A stretch of 64,000 nucleotides of DNA from Octopus sinensis (GCF_006345805.1 NW_021837043.1:3243-67242); one strand, 5' to 3'. Shown: positions 1 through 12,877, counted from the first letter of the stretch. The notes: generated by a model from the sequence alone, not told the origin. Numbers and translations are program-made.

Positions 1-84
1 AGTCTATGATATTATCCAGCCAGAGAGCAGGAGAGAGAGAGGGGGGGGAGAGAGAGAGAGAGAGAGGGGGAGAGAGAGAGGAAG

Positions 85-151
<67 letters not shown>

Positions 152-339
152 TTATCCCAATGTGGCCCCCAAAGAAGGCAGCTATTCTTGTAGACAGCAT
201 TGTGATAGATAAAACATTTCAGAATATGAAAGCAAAGAATGCCTCTGATTTTGAGCAATTTCTGCTGAGATGCATAAAATATCTGGTGATATACTGTGTA
301 GCCATTTGTTAAGTCAATCAAGTTGTGCAGCAAGGTAAG

Positions 340-1500
340 CATTGCAGCATTATCGTCAACCGTTTCAAAGGTAAAGGAGATGTCTAACAGAGAAGCAATT
401 ATATAGAGCTATCAGTGGTTTGATTAAACTGTTGCGCCAAGTATAGCTTACGTTAGATGCAATTTGATTTTGTGCCAGAGAATACTACTGCTACCCTTTA
501 CATAGTAAAGCAACTGTAGAAGTATTTAACTGAAAGTAAGCCAATTATACTTAACATTTGTTGACTAGAGAAAGCGTTCAACAGAGTTCCTCACTCTGTG
601 ATCTGCTGCTCATTGAGGAAACTAGGAGTAAATGAATGGTTTATGAGACTCATACAAGTGACATAGAGAGGTGCTGTCAGTAAAATTGATTAGTAACAAG
701 TACAGCAATGAATTTAGAATATAGGTAGGAGTTCACTAGAGATTGGTTCTCAGTCCTCTTCTATTCATCGTACTTTTCCAGGCCATAACAGAGGAGTTTA
801 AAACAGGTTGCCCATGGGAATTACAATATGCTCATTACCTTAGTCTTATTGCTGAATCTGTTGTAGAATTAGAAAAGAAATTCCAGGCATGGAAGCAAAA
901 TCTGGAATGAAAAGCCTTAATGTTAACTTAGCAAAGACTGAAGTTTTAGTAATCAGGAAAATAATTAGAACACTACAACCTTCTGGAGAATGGTCTTGCT
1001 TTGAGTGTAGAAAATGTGTAGGTAGAAATTTCATACAGTGAATTCAGGGCAAACTATGAACACACAAGAGGTGTGTTACTCTGGATACAAGAGGCAAGTT
1101 AACAGTGAAAATATCCTTGTATGTGGCAAATGCACAGATACAATAAACATTAAGAACACATGAGATATAGAATTTTTTTAATATCCAGACGGCTCCCTAG
1201 AGATAGTAGATACTTTTAATGTTATCTAGGAGACCTGGTTAGCAGAGGAGGAGGATGTACTGAGAGTGTAGTTGCTAGTATAAGAACAGGGTGGAGAGAG
1301 TTCAGAGAGTTATTACTTCCGTTGGTAACAAAAGGTTTCTTTCAGAGGGAAAGGCAAACTATGATGATTGTGTATGGATAGCAAGGCTACATGGTAGTGC
1401 GATATGGGCCTTGAATGCAGGGATCTTGTGAAAACTAGAAAGAAATGAAGCAAGCATGCTCTACTACATGTGTAGTGTCTGTGTACATGAGCATTGGTGA
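340..1500 (+). mobile_element. Decayed RTE-clade LINE, reverse transcriptase region (resumes at about 2045-2225 after a mariner insertion)
   Basis: Broken frames read LEKAFNRVPHSVI..SLRKLGVNEW, GSVLSPLLFI..FQAITEEFKTGCPWELQYA and CYLGDLVSRGGGCTESVVASIRTGWREFRELL, typical of RTE RT; many stops and frameshifts. Confidence 0.75.
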
Positions 1501-1502
1501 TG

Positions 1503-2045
1503 TACGAGGGGTGTATGAAAATTTTTGAGCCTAACCTAGAAACAGGGCTGCTAGGTAGCTGAAACAATTTCTTCTGGTAAGTACAGTCTTTTCGGAGTAT
1601 TCATGCTCATTTTCATGATTCTGATATTTAAATCCATGAAGATATGGTGAGAACCTTAACAGACAATGCTACTTCATATGCAACAGTCAAACGCTGGGTA
1701 AATGAATTCCAGTGTGATAGGGAGAGTGTAGAAGATGATCCCACACCAGGGAGGCCTCCAACTGCAACCATTGAGGACAACATTGACCTTGCTCTTGGTA
1801 TAATAATGCAAGATCGTCAAATATCATGTTGCCAGATAGCTGAGAGACTGGACATCTCAAATGAAAAAGCAGACAACATTGTGACAAAAGAACTTGGGTT
1901 CTCAAAGGTTTCCGCTAGGTGGGTCCCTTGCCTTTTGACTCCTGAACGGAAACGCACCAGGTGCATTTTGTCCACGAGCAAACTGGAACTGTTTGAAGCC
2001 GATGAAGAGAATTTTCTTGCTCATTTTATTACTATGGACAGCTGT
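1503..2045 (+). mobile_element. 5' part of a mariner element (TIR plus transposase N-terminus), nested in the RTE
   Basis: Starts TA+CGAGGGGTGTATGAAAATT (mariner-type TIR). ORF 1644-2060 has SYATVKRWVNEF..RESVEDDPTPGRP, SARWVP and FITMD (first catalytic D), then truncates. Confidence 0.85.
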
Positions 2046-2429
2046 ATAAAGACTTGCTAGTCACTTAAGGTGGATGGAATTTGTGAAAGGAGACTCAGGA
2101 AGACATGGCGCAAAGTATTGAAGGCTGATCTCAAGATGTTGAGCCTTATAGAGGAGGTATCAAAGCACTGATGTGATTGACAGTAATACACTGCACTCTA
2201 GAAGATAGATCTGTCATGTAAAACTGAGGTCCTAAAAGCATTATAGTTATGTTTCTACACCTAAATGGACCGGCACCAAATTTGTTGGTTAAGGTTAAGT
2301 CTTCTCCATCTTCTCAATTTTCTAGCATTCATTTCTCCCATCACATTTCTCATTAATGCATTATTCTGCAACTGTAATTAAATGGGAACAGAACTACATA
2401 TTTCATCCCCTTTCTGAGTCATCAGTTAA

Positions 2430-2439
<10 letters not shown>

Positions 2440-2463
<24 letters not shown>

Positions 2464-2487
2464 CTATCTGTCTGTCTGTCTATTTAT

Positions 2488-2577
<90 letters not shown>

Positions 2578-2884
2578 GTGTGTGTCTCTCACTCCTGGGA
2601 ACCAATTACTTTTGATGCCCATTTGTTATTTGCAATCTCCCCACCACCACCACCACCACACTTATTTTCTACTGATCACCCTTTCTGTGCCACAATTTAT
2701 CACTCCCTTTCCCAAGAATTAGATCCTGTTCACCTCATTCTTGAAGCTATCTCGTATCTGCCATTGACCTCCCGACGGACTTGGATAAAATTTCTGCTTG
2801 GAAACGGAAGAAGAGAAGAAGAAGAAGAAGAAGAAGAAGAAGAAGAAGAAGAAAAAGAAGAAGAAGAAGAAGAAGAAGGAAGAA

Positions 2885-2915
<31 letters not shown>

Positions 2916-2960
2916 AAGAAGAAGAAGGCGATGATGCAGAAGAAGAAGAAGAAGAAGAAG
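2440..2960. repeat. (TATC)n at about 2440-2578 and (GAA)n at about 2806-2960
   Basis: Read directly; these explain the low-complexity ORFs at 2356-2987. Confidence 0.95.
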
Positions 2961-3265
2961 TTATTTTTCAATGTTGCTAAACGGTAACACCAAAGTTTAC
3001 TTATTTCTTAATGTTACACTATAATCCCCACATCAACACCACTCTTTTATGTCACAAAACACTTACTGTTTTAAGCAGGCTTTCAGACTTACATCAGTTA
3101 ATTTACATCAACATGAGAAGCAGGCACATAAGGATTGTTTTTCATTTTATACTAAAACTTGCAAACGTTTTAGTTTGTGCATATTTGATAAAGAAAGTAA
3201 TTCACATCATGCATTGCGATACTTCCTTGTAATTCTTTTATTTCTGAAAGTAGGATCTGTTCATG

Positions 3266-3305
<40 letters not shown>

Positions 3306-3669
3306 GAAAAATATAAACTGGGACAAGAACGTAAAACATTTAGAAGACGATACAAAAAACACGGATGGGACATTCGAAGCCTTCAATCTTCAGTCAAGAA
3401 CCGGATCATCCTAGAATTTCGGCTGATTAATCTTGAGATCGCTCCGATCCGGCCAGCCCCAAAGAAAAACTAAGCTACGAGCATTAGATTTCTTGGAAGA
3501 AGGATCGAATGTATACGAAACAGGGACAGAAAAACGGACGATGCCACACGAATATAAAATACAAAAAACAATAATGGTAAAAACAGGACAATATATATAT
3601 ATATATATATATATACGGAGATGTACTTGCATAGCAAGTGATTTGATCTGAGATCATGTGCTGAAACGG

Positions 3670-3952
3670 AAACAATTGCAGCGTGGAAGGTGTTTGTAAG
3701 CCATTTAAGAAACACACAAAAGCCGTTCGATTCACTTCAACATTTAAGTTTAATTTGTCAAAATATTTTCGTCGCTTTAAGACCGCGACCTGTTCACTGA
3801 GATGCAGCACGGATTTTTGTCAGTGAACAGGTCGTGTCTTAAAGCGACGAAAATATTTGACAAATTAAACTTAAAGTGAAGTGAGTGAATCGAACGGCTT
3901 TTGTGTGTTTCTTAAATGGCTTACAAACACACCTTCCACGCTGCAATTGTTT
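3670..3952. repeat. Head-to-head foldback of a Penelope-like repeat end: arms 3670-3800 and 3820-3952, 19-nt spacer
   Basis: The arms are near-perfect reverse complements and abut (TA)n. A single copy of the outer part recurs at about 39361-39479. Confidence 0.85.
3754..3864. ncRNA. Variant type-I hammerhead-ribozyme-like motifs, family A (3816-3864 plus; 3754-3800 minus)
   Basis: TTTGTCA-GTGAACA-G-GTCG(C/T)..GCGAC-GAA-AATATT-T-(T)GACAAA: stem I, G3/C8-swapped core, stem II, GAA and a palindromic helix III. Confidence 0.55.
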
Positions 3953-3978
3953 ATATATATATCTTTTTTCTCTTTTTC

Positions 3979-4369
3979 TTTTTACTTGTTTCAGTCATTT
4001 GACTGCGGCCATGCTGGAGCACTGCCTTTTAGTCAAGCAAATCGACCCTGGGACTTATTCTTTGTAAGCCCAGTACTTATTCTATCGGTCTCTTTTTGCT
4101 GAACTGCTAAGTGACAGGGACGAAAACACACCAGCATCGGTTGTCAAGCAATGCTAGGGAGACATACACAAAACAACACACAGACACACATATATATATA
4201 CTATATACGACAGGCTTCTTTCAGTTTCCGTCTACCAAATCCACTCACAAGGCATTGGTCGGCCTGGGGCTTATAGCAGAAGACACGCCCAAGATGCCAC
4301 GCAGTGGGACTGAACCCGGAACCATGTGGTTGGTTAGCAAGCTACTTACCACACAACACTCCTGCACCT
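3979..4369 (-). mobile_element. tRNA-derived SINE family A (internal (TA)n/(TG)n, AAGAGTA-type tail). Other copies at about 5540-5928(+), 8199-8587(-), 10005-10465(+), 11975-12390(-), 15908-16308(+), 21705-22157(-), 23350-23744(+), 30175-30317(+), 37740-38157(-), 44420-44608(+), 48425-48885(-), 55030-55457(-), 63475-63870(-)
   Basis: Head GGAGTGGCTGTGTGGTAAG (A box) and GGTTCAGTCCC (B box); about 20 highly similar copies in the window. Confidence 0.9.
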
Positions 4370-4371
4370 AT

Positions 4372-4414
<43 letters not shown>

Positions 4415-4420
<6 letters not shown>

Positions 4421-4622
4421 GTCTGGGGAGTGTCATTTTCTTTTTGTGCCTTATAATTTAACACACTCACCAGTAAAATTTCCACTTATTTCTTATTTTT
4501 ATTTTCCTAAAATTTTCGTTGCATCATTGCAACCTTTTCAATAAGAAATAAGTGGAAATTTTACCGATGAGTGTGTTAAATTATGAGGCACAAAAAGAAA
4601 ATGACTCTCCCCAGACACAACA
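4415..4622. repeat. Foldback repeat with about 83-bp arms (4415-4497 and 4540-4622); the family recurs at 10688-10816 and 56015-56075
   Basis: TGTTGTGTCTGGGGAG...CTTATT versus AATAAG...CTCCCCAGACACAACA; follows (TA)n. Confidence 0.85.
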
Positions 4623-5059
4623 GAATATGCTTCAACACACGAACTCATATAAAGAATCTTGCAAACCAAATCCCAAAACGAAAAATATCTATATATCATC
4701 AGCATCAACATCATCATTGTTTAATGTCTTCCTTCACCATGCTGGCATGGGTTGGATGATTTGACAGGAGCTTGTGCCATGCTTCTGTGTCTGTTTTGGC
4801 ATGCTTTTACAGCTGGATGCCCTTCCAAATGCAACCACTTTACAGTGTGGACTGGGTGCTTTTTAAGTGACACCAGTACTTGTAGGGTCACCAAGTGACT
4901 TTGCAAGACAAAGGGTCTTTGAGAGGGGAGGTAGCTTTGGAGGAGGTGGGGTCTTGTGTCAGAAGATGAAAGATTAGAGTGTGATAGAGAGGTAGAATCA
5001 GATGTCTTGCTATAGAGGAAGTCTATGATTACCCAGCCAGAGAGCAGGAAAGAGGAGTG

Positions 5060-5097
<38 letters not shown>

Positions 5098-6504
5098 GAG
5101 AGAGAGTGAGAGAGAGACAGAGAGAGGGGAGAGAGAGAGGAAGAGAGGGAGAGAAAGTGAGTGAGAGTTAATAAGAATGGGGCAGAAACAATTACCTTGA
5201 GAGAGATTGGGAGTTAACAAGAAAGAGGTGTGCTGCTGTAAAGGAGATACATGGTTACCTAGCCAGAGGGGAGAGCAAGGGGAGGAGGAGAAAGAGAGTA
5301 GGAGAAAGAGAGTAGGAGATAGCAAGGGCATGATGGAGATGGCAGCAAGTGCCAGGGTATACGTGCAAAGAATGAGGATCAGGGCATAGATGGGATGGCA
5401 GAGTAAAGAAGAGAAGATAAATGGTGACAGGTGCCTGGCAGGGTATTGCTAAAGAGTCAGGAGTCGGGAGTGGGGGTGGAGAATGTGTGAAAGATTTATT
5501 GTTATGTAACATGTATATATATATATATATATATATATCATAGGCGTAGGAGTGGCTGTGTGGTAAATAGTTTGCTTACCAACGACATGGTTCCGGGTTC
5601 AGTCCCACTGCGTGGCACCTTGGGCAAGTGTCTTCTACTATAGCCTTGGGCCAACCAAAGCCTTGTGAGTGGATTTGGTAGACGGAAACTGAAAGAAGCC
5701 CGTCGTATATATGTATATATATGTGCGTGTGTATTTGTCCCCCTAGCATTGCTTGACACCGATGCTGGTGTGTTTATGTCCCCGTCACTTAGCGGTTCGG
5801 CAAAAGAGACCGATAGAACAAGTACTGGGGTACGATGAATAAGTCCGGGGTCGAGTTGCTCGATTAAGGGTGGTGCTCCAGCATGGCCGCAGTCAAATGA
5901 CTGAAACAAGTAAAAGAGTAAAAGAGTATATCTGTGTGACGATAGCCAATGAGAATGCATTGTAGCTCTTAGCTCCGGCATTTGAAATTCTGAGTCCTGT
6001 TACGAAAACTTACTGATCGTCCTAAACTACACACACACACATACATACAAAGATAGATGTATGTATAGCTATCAATCTATTTATCTATCTATCTGTATAT
6101 ATATGTGTGTATATATGTAATTCACACGCATACACACACAGTATATACATACATATGTACATGCATATATATGTGTGTGTGAATGTATGTATATATGCAT
6201 ATACATATACATATACACTCATATACGTACATCTCAATACTGTTGATATCCCAACACCCATTGCCCCACTGCTTTCCATCTTTACACCCCTGCCAGAAGA
6301 TTGGTTTGCATCACAGTTCCTGCTGCAGCTAAAGTGTTGATCTAATTCTGATAATGTAGATCAAGGCTAAACAGGAAGTATAGCTTTGCTAAGAAATACT
6401 TGCAGATATTTCTCTGAAAAAAGTCCTGTTTGGTATTATATTTCTGCTGTAAACATCTAACAAACTCACTCCCCATTTACACACGGTTAACAAAATTCCA
6501 TCAA

Positions 6505-6967
6505 GGAGTGGCTGTGTGGTAAGTAGCTTGCTTGCAAACCACATGGTTCCGGGTTCAGTCCCACTGCGTGGCGCCTTGGGCAAGTGTCTTCTACTATAGC
6601 CTCGGGCCGACCAAAGCCTTGTGGGTGGATTTGGTAGACGGAAACTGAAAGAAGCCTGTCGTATATATATATATATATAATATATAATAAAACATATATA
6701 TATATATATATATATATAATATGATATATATATATATAATATATATATATTAGATATTATATATATACTATATATATATATATTTATTATATATTATACG
6801 CAGGTGTGGCTGTGTGGTAAGTAGCTTGCTTACCACAACCACATGGTTCCGGGTTCAGTCCCACTGCGTGGCACCTGGGCAAGTGTCTTCTACTATAGCC
6901 TCGGGCCGACCAAAGCCTGTGAGTGGATTTGGTAGACGGAAACTGAAAGAAGCTGTCGTATATATGT

Positions 6968-7011
<44 letters not shown>

Positions 7012-7985
7012 GCAGGAGTGGCTGTGTGGTAAGTAGCTTGCTTACCAACCACATGGTTCCGGGTTGAGCCCCACTGCGTGGCACTTGGGCAAGTGTCTTC
7101 TACTATAGCCGCGGGCCGACCAAAGCCTGTGGGTGGATTTGGTAGACGGAAACTGAAAGAAGCCCGTCGTATATATGTATATATATATATATATAGCAGA
7201 GAGTGGCTGTGTGGTAAGTAGCTTGCTTAACAACCAATGGTTCCGGGTTCAGTCCCACTGCGTGGCACTTGGGCAAGTGTTCTTCTACTATAGCCGCGGG
7301 CCGACCAAAGCCTTGTGGGTGGATTTGGTAGACGGAAACTGAAAGAAGCCGTCGTATATATGTATATATATATATATATAGCAGAGTGGCTGTGTGGTAA
7401 GTAGCTTGCTTAACAACCACATGGTTCCGGGTCAGTCCCACTGCGTGGCACCTTGGGCAAGTGTCTTCTACTATAGCCGCGGGCCGACCAAAGCCTGTGA
7501 GTGGATTTGGTAGACGGAAACTGAAAGAAGCCTGTCGTATATATGTATGTTATTATATATATTATATATATATATATATATTACACATATATGCAGGAGT
7601 GGCTGTGTGGTAAGTAGCTTGCTTACCAACCACATGGTTCTGGGTTGAGCCCCACTGCGTGGCACCTTGGGCAAGTGTCTTCTACTATAGCCTCGGGCCA
7701 ACTAAAGCCTTGTGAGTGGATTTGGTAGACGGAAACTGAAAGAAGCCCGTCGTATATATGTATATATATATATATATATATGTGCGTGTGTGTTTGTCCC
7801 CCTAGCATTGCTTGACAACCGATGCTGGTGTGTTTACGTCCCCCGTTACTTAGCGGCTTGGCAAAAGAGGCCGATAGAATAAGTACTGGGCTTACAAAAG
7901 AATAAGTCCCGGGGTTGAGTTGCTCGATTAAATGCGGTGCTCCAGCATGGCCGCAGTCAAATGACTGAAACAAGTAAAAGAGAAA
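6505..7985 (+). mobile_element. Tandem array of six SINE-A heads separated by (TA)n; the last head continues into a full SINE
   Basis: Heads start near 6505, 6803, 7013, 7200, 7383 and 7594; flanked by direct repeats 6429-6504 and 7993-8064. Confidence 0.9.
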
Positions 7986-8409
7986 GAGAGAGTTTGGTAT
8001 TATATTTCTGCTGTAAACATCCAACAAGCTCCCCATTTACACACTGTTAACAAAATTCCATCAACAGCTTTGATAGTCGTTTTATGTTTGTGTAAAGACT
8101 GCATAAATAACTCTTTTAGCCATTGAACTGTGATTATGCTGGGACGCCACCACCACCACTTGATACATTTGATAACCATATTGGTGTGTTTACATCCTCT
8201 TTACTCTTTTACTTGTTTCAGTCATTTGACTGCGGCCATGCTGGAGCACCGCCTTTAGTTGAGCAAATCGACCCCCCCGGGACTTATTATTTTGTAAGCC
8301 TAGTACTTATTCTATCGGTCGCTTTTTGCCGAACCGCTAAGTGACGGGGACGTAAACATACCAGCATCGGTTGTCAAGCAATGCTAGGGGGACAAACACA
8401 GACACACAA

Positions 8410-8442
<33 letters not shown>

Positions 8443-8849
8443 CGATGGGCTTCTTTCAGTTTCCGTCTACCAAATCCACTCACAAGGCTTTTGTTGGCCC
8501 GAGGCTATAGTAGAAGACACTTGCCCAAGGTGCCGGAACCCGGAACCATGTGGTTGGTAAACAAGCTACTTACCACACAGCCACTCACATCCTCTTAGAA
8601 TAAGCCTGTACGAAAATTTTGAAGTCTGTATATGCATCCTTGGTAAATCCTCCACGCTAATCCATAATGATTTTTTGTAATATGTATCCGTTATTTTATC
8701 TTGCATTCCATATGTGATTCACAGATGTAGAAAAAGTGTAAAGTATGACTATACACACTTCAATATTTTCGAATTCTATTTTTAGAATATGAATGGATAT
8801 ATGGAAAGGGTGTTTTTTTTTATTGAAATATAAATTAAAAACTACTATC

Positions 8850-9080
8850 TTTGATTTGCGTAGGTAATTTTTAACATCTGCTTTGCTTCCTCCTTTATGG
8901 ATAGGGCATACCATTCATTCCTTCAGTTTGTCTGGGAGCTTACCACTTGTGAAAAAGCTCTGAAAAAGAAGCTGCAGTGGTTTTGCAAGGGTTCATTTGC
9001 TCAATTTGAGGATTACTGGGAATCCATCAGGGCTAGCAACCAAGTTTGTGTCGACCTCATCTATGGCCAGTGCAACATCT
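8850..9080 (-). mobile_element. CR1/L2/Jockey-group LINE fragment upstream of the RT core
   Basis: Minus frames read ASPDGFPVILK..LAKPLQLLFQSFFTSGKLPDKLKE*MVCPIHKGGSKADVKNY, the PGPDG...P(I)HKGG..NYRP region. Confidence 0.7.
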
Positions 9081-9541
9081 TATTTAATGTTGATGTAATC
9101 TATTTTCACCTTTTTGGTTACAGGTAAAGTGGCAAGGAATCCTGCTGGTTTGTTCACTTGCCTGTGTCCCAGAGGAGTGGTAAACACCCTTTGGATCGAT
9201 TGATCGATCCATTGATCGATCGATCGATCGATCCATCCATCCATCGATCCATCCAACCATCCATCCATCCATCCATACATACATACATACATCCATACAT
9301 ACATACATACATACATACATACATACATACATACATACATACATACATACATACATACATACATACATACATACATACATACATGTATAAGGCAAAAAAA
9401 AAAAGAGCAGAAAATGCTAAAATAATTTTATCATCAAGTACATTTTGGTACTGGTTTCTATCATTTAGACTTTTTCAATTAAGTGTGAAATAAGAAAAAA
9501 AAACAATTAAATTGGAGAAAAAAAAAATTAATTGAAATGGT

Positions 9542-9741
9542 TTGTAAATATTTCCATAGTCTTCAGATAGTCTGTCTGTCTGTTTCTCTCTTCCTTTGTG
9601 AATGTTTAGGTAGTAGTAAATTTACTACTACCTGCCTACTAAGCATTTACAAATGAAGAAAGAGAGAGACAGAGAGACAGACAGACTATCTGAAGACTAT
9701 GAAAATATTTACCTATTTAAAGACTATGGAAATATTTACAA
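9542..9741. repeat. Foldback with a loop-less 26-bp central palindrome (9608-9633)
   Basis: AGGTAGTAGTAAA|TTTACTACTACCT; outer arms TTGTAAATATTTCCATAGTCTTCAGATAG versus CTATCTGAAGACTATG(A/G)AAATATTT. Confidence 0.85.
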
Positions 9742-9779
9742 TTATACATATCAACTTGTGTGTTACCTTACTACCTTCT

Positions 9780-9828
<49 letters not shown>

Positions 9829-11026
9829 ATGTGGTGTAGACAGAGAACAAAAGAAATTTGCTGTTCAGACACACACACACAGAGGGTGGTGCAAAAGTGA
9901 AATAACACTTTGCCACAATATCTTCATATTTGTTATTCTTTGTAAGTAAATGTGATATAAATGTTCATAAAATGAGAATTATTTTTTATTTTAGAAACAT
10001 GTTGTAGGAGCGGCTGTGTGGTAAGTAGCTTGCTTACCAACCACATGGTTCCAGGTTCAGTCTCACTGCGTGGCACCTTGGACAAGTGTCTTCTGCTATA
10101 GCCTCGGGGCCGACCAAGCCTTGTGAGTGGATCTGGTAGACGGAAGCTGAAAGAAGCCCATCGTATATATGTATATGTTTATATATATATATGTGTGTGT
10201 GTTTGTGTGTCTATGTTTGTTCCCCCAACACAACTTGAAAACCGGTCCTGGTGTGTTTACGTCCCTGTAACTTAGCGGCTCGGCAAAAGGGACCGATAGA
10301 ATAGGTGTGTTTATGTCCCCATAACGTAGCAGTTCGTCGAAAGGGACCGATAGAATAAGTACTAGGCTTACAAAGAATAAGTCCTGGGGTCGATTTGCTC
10401 GACTAAAGGCGGTGCTCCAGCGTGGCCACAGTCAAATGACTGAAACAAGTAAAAGAGTAAAGAGTGTGCCAGAGAAGTTGTCAATAAACGAATGTGTTGA
10501 AGTTATTCTCTTGTGTGGAACAGTTTGGAAGCTCTAATCGATTAGTTGCACTGCAGTTTAATAGCCTTCACCCCAAAAGGATGCCTATTGATCAGTCAAC
10601 AGTTGGAAGGTTGTTAAAAAGGAAACAGGAAGTGTCCGTGACTGAGAACATAGTGGTAGACCAAGAACAACAACAGATAAGTCAAGACTATTGAAGAGGT
10701 TGCAAGACGTAACAAAAATTTTAGGAAAATAAAAATAAGAAACAAGTGGAAATTTTACCGGTGAGTGTTTTGAATTATAAGGCACAAAAAGAAAATGACT
10801 CTCCCCAGACACAACAGATAAAGTAACTGCAATTACTTTAGTTACTCATATTGAACAGAGTTCAATAAAATCAACAGCAAAACCATCTCAAGAAACTGGT
10901 GTCAGAAGACACTTGGTTCAGCGTATTTTAAAATTGCATGTTTTCCATCTGTATAAATTCCATTTAGTTCAGGCGTTACATGTTGGACGACAGAGACCAG
11001 AGAATAGAAATCTGTGATTGGATCAT

Positions 11027-11340
11027 CATCATCATCATCGTTTAGTGTCTGCTTTCCATGCTAGCATGGGTTGGACGGTTCAACTGGGGTCTGGGAAGCC
11101 CGAAGGCTGCACTAGGCCAGTCAGATCTGGCAATGTTTCTACAGCTGGATGCCCTTCCTAACGCCAACCACTCCGTGAGTGTAGAGGGTGCTTTTTACGT
11201 TCCACTGGCACAGGTGCCAGACGGGGCTGGCGAACGGCCACGGTCGGATGGTACTTTTTACATGCCACCGGCACGGAGGCCAGTCGATGCGGTGCTGGCT
11301 ACGGCCACGTTCGGATGGTTCTCTTATGTGCTACCGGCAC
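11027..11340 (-). mobile_element. SINE/RTE-tail family C ending in (GAT)n. Other copies at about 4710-4880, 19160-19475, 25330-25517, 33500-33960, 34640-34945, 38560-38820, 42110-42330, 44070-44255
   Basis: Shared core GGTTGGCGTTAGGAAGGGCATCCAGCTGTAGAAAC...CCAACCCATGCTAGCATGG..ACGTTAAACGATGATGATG. Confidence 0.85.
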
Positions 11341-12877
11341 TGGTACCACAACTACAAATTCCATTGATGTTGATCGATTTCGATTTTGAACAATTTATCA
11401 AAAACATCTTGAAGGAGACACAGGCCCTCCAAAAATGGTGAATATCTATGAATGCTCAAATCTATTTTTGATGCCTGTATTTGATGATGAACTGGTAAAA
11501 ACTGGTTACTTTGTGATTGAGATCTCATGGGAGGTTTTGGGCGATTTGATTGAGATCTCATGGGAGGTTTTGGGCGATTTTTGTTTTCTCCCTTATTACC
11601 AGATTTTTTTCTGTTCATAAAACGATTGCACCAGCCTACTATTGCTTAAAAATCTTTACTTTCTTCTTTATATGATTCAGCCCATTTTAGGGCATAAGAT
11701 CTTATTCTATTTCATGTTACAATGTAGACATCGTGTCTCTGCTGGAGTACCCATTCTGCTACATCATTTCCCAATTTTGGCCAATGAGTGCTTCCTCTTC
11801 TCATTGCATATTTTTGCTTGTTCATTTGTTTTAATTTTCTCTCATTCTTTCTCCACTCTCATACCAACTTCCTGGTAACATTGAATGTTCTAGTAACAGC
11901 ACAATTGTTCAAACTCTTGGCTACAGCTATAACTTTCAATTTTCTTCTTTTTGCTGGTGGTTGCATATTGGCATACTCTTTTACTCTTTTTACTTGTTTC
12001 AGTCATTTGACTGCGGCCATGCTGGAGCACCGCCTTTAGTCGAGCAAATCGACCCTGGGACTTATTCTTTGTAAGCCCAGTACTTATTCTATCGGTCTCT
12101 TTTGCCGAACCGCTAAGTGACGGGGATATAAACACACCAGAATCGGTTGTTAAGCAATGCTAGAGGGACAAACACAGACACACAAACATATACACACATA
12201 CATACATATATATATACATATATACGACAGGCTTCTTTCAGTTTCCGTCTACCAAATCCACTCACAAGGCTTTGGTCAGCCCGAGGCTATAGCAGAAGAC
12301 ATTTGCCCAAGATGCTACGCAGTGGGACTGAACCCGGAACCATGTGGTTGGTTAGCAAGCTACTTACCACACAGCCACTCCTGCGCCTATGGGTATAAAA
12401 TAATCATAACTTTCATTTGACTAGGTAGTTTGTGATTTTATATGAAATATAGGTAAATAGTTATTAATACATCAAGCTGACTGTAACTGATTAGAACATT
12501 TCAGTCATATGAACCACTATTATCATATTGTTGTTAGCAGATGTTATGATAGCAATAAAGTTTTGATAAAAAAGAAGAATCAGGTTCCTTTTTAGGCAAC
12601 GTAAATATGAAAAAAACATAATACAAAAATGGATTTGTTATTTTGTTTATTTTAATTTTTAAGGATAAAGTAAGTAAAAAAAAAAAAAATTTGTTTATAC
12701 ATCATCTTTACGTGACCAATATTTCTAAAGATACCTGGTGTTGCAAAAGCTAACCTCTACACAAATGGTTTTGTAATTTAGCAGCTGTCATATACTACAG
12801 ATATGAGATAAATTTATGAAATCTTTTACAAACTTTGACCTCGTCTTATCTAAAGGTTGTCTTACACACAGAAATAT

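Noticed and set aside
3365-3405. CTGAAGA...CGAAT on the minus strand
   Set aside because: No workable stem I or stem II, and the GAAA is broken.
6505-7760. CRISPR-like repeat-spacer appearance
   Set aside because: The repeats are about 155-bp SINE heads and the spacers are (TA)n; the context is eukaryotic, with no cas genes.
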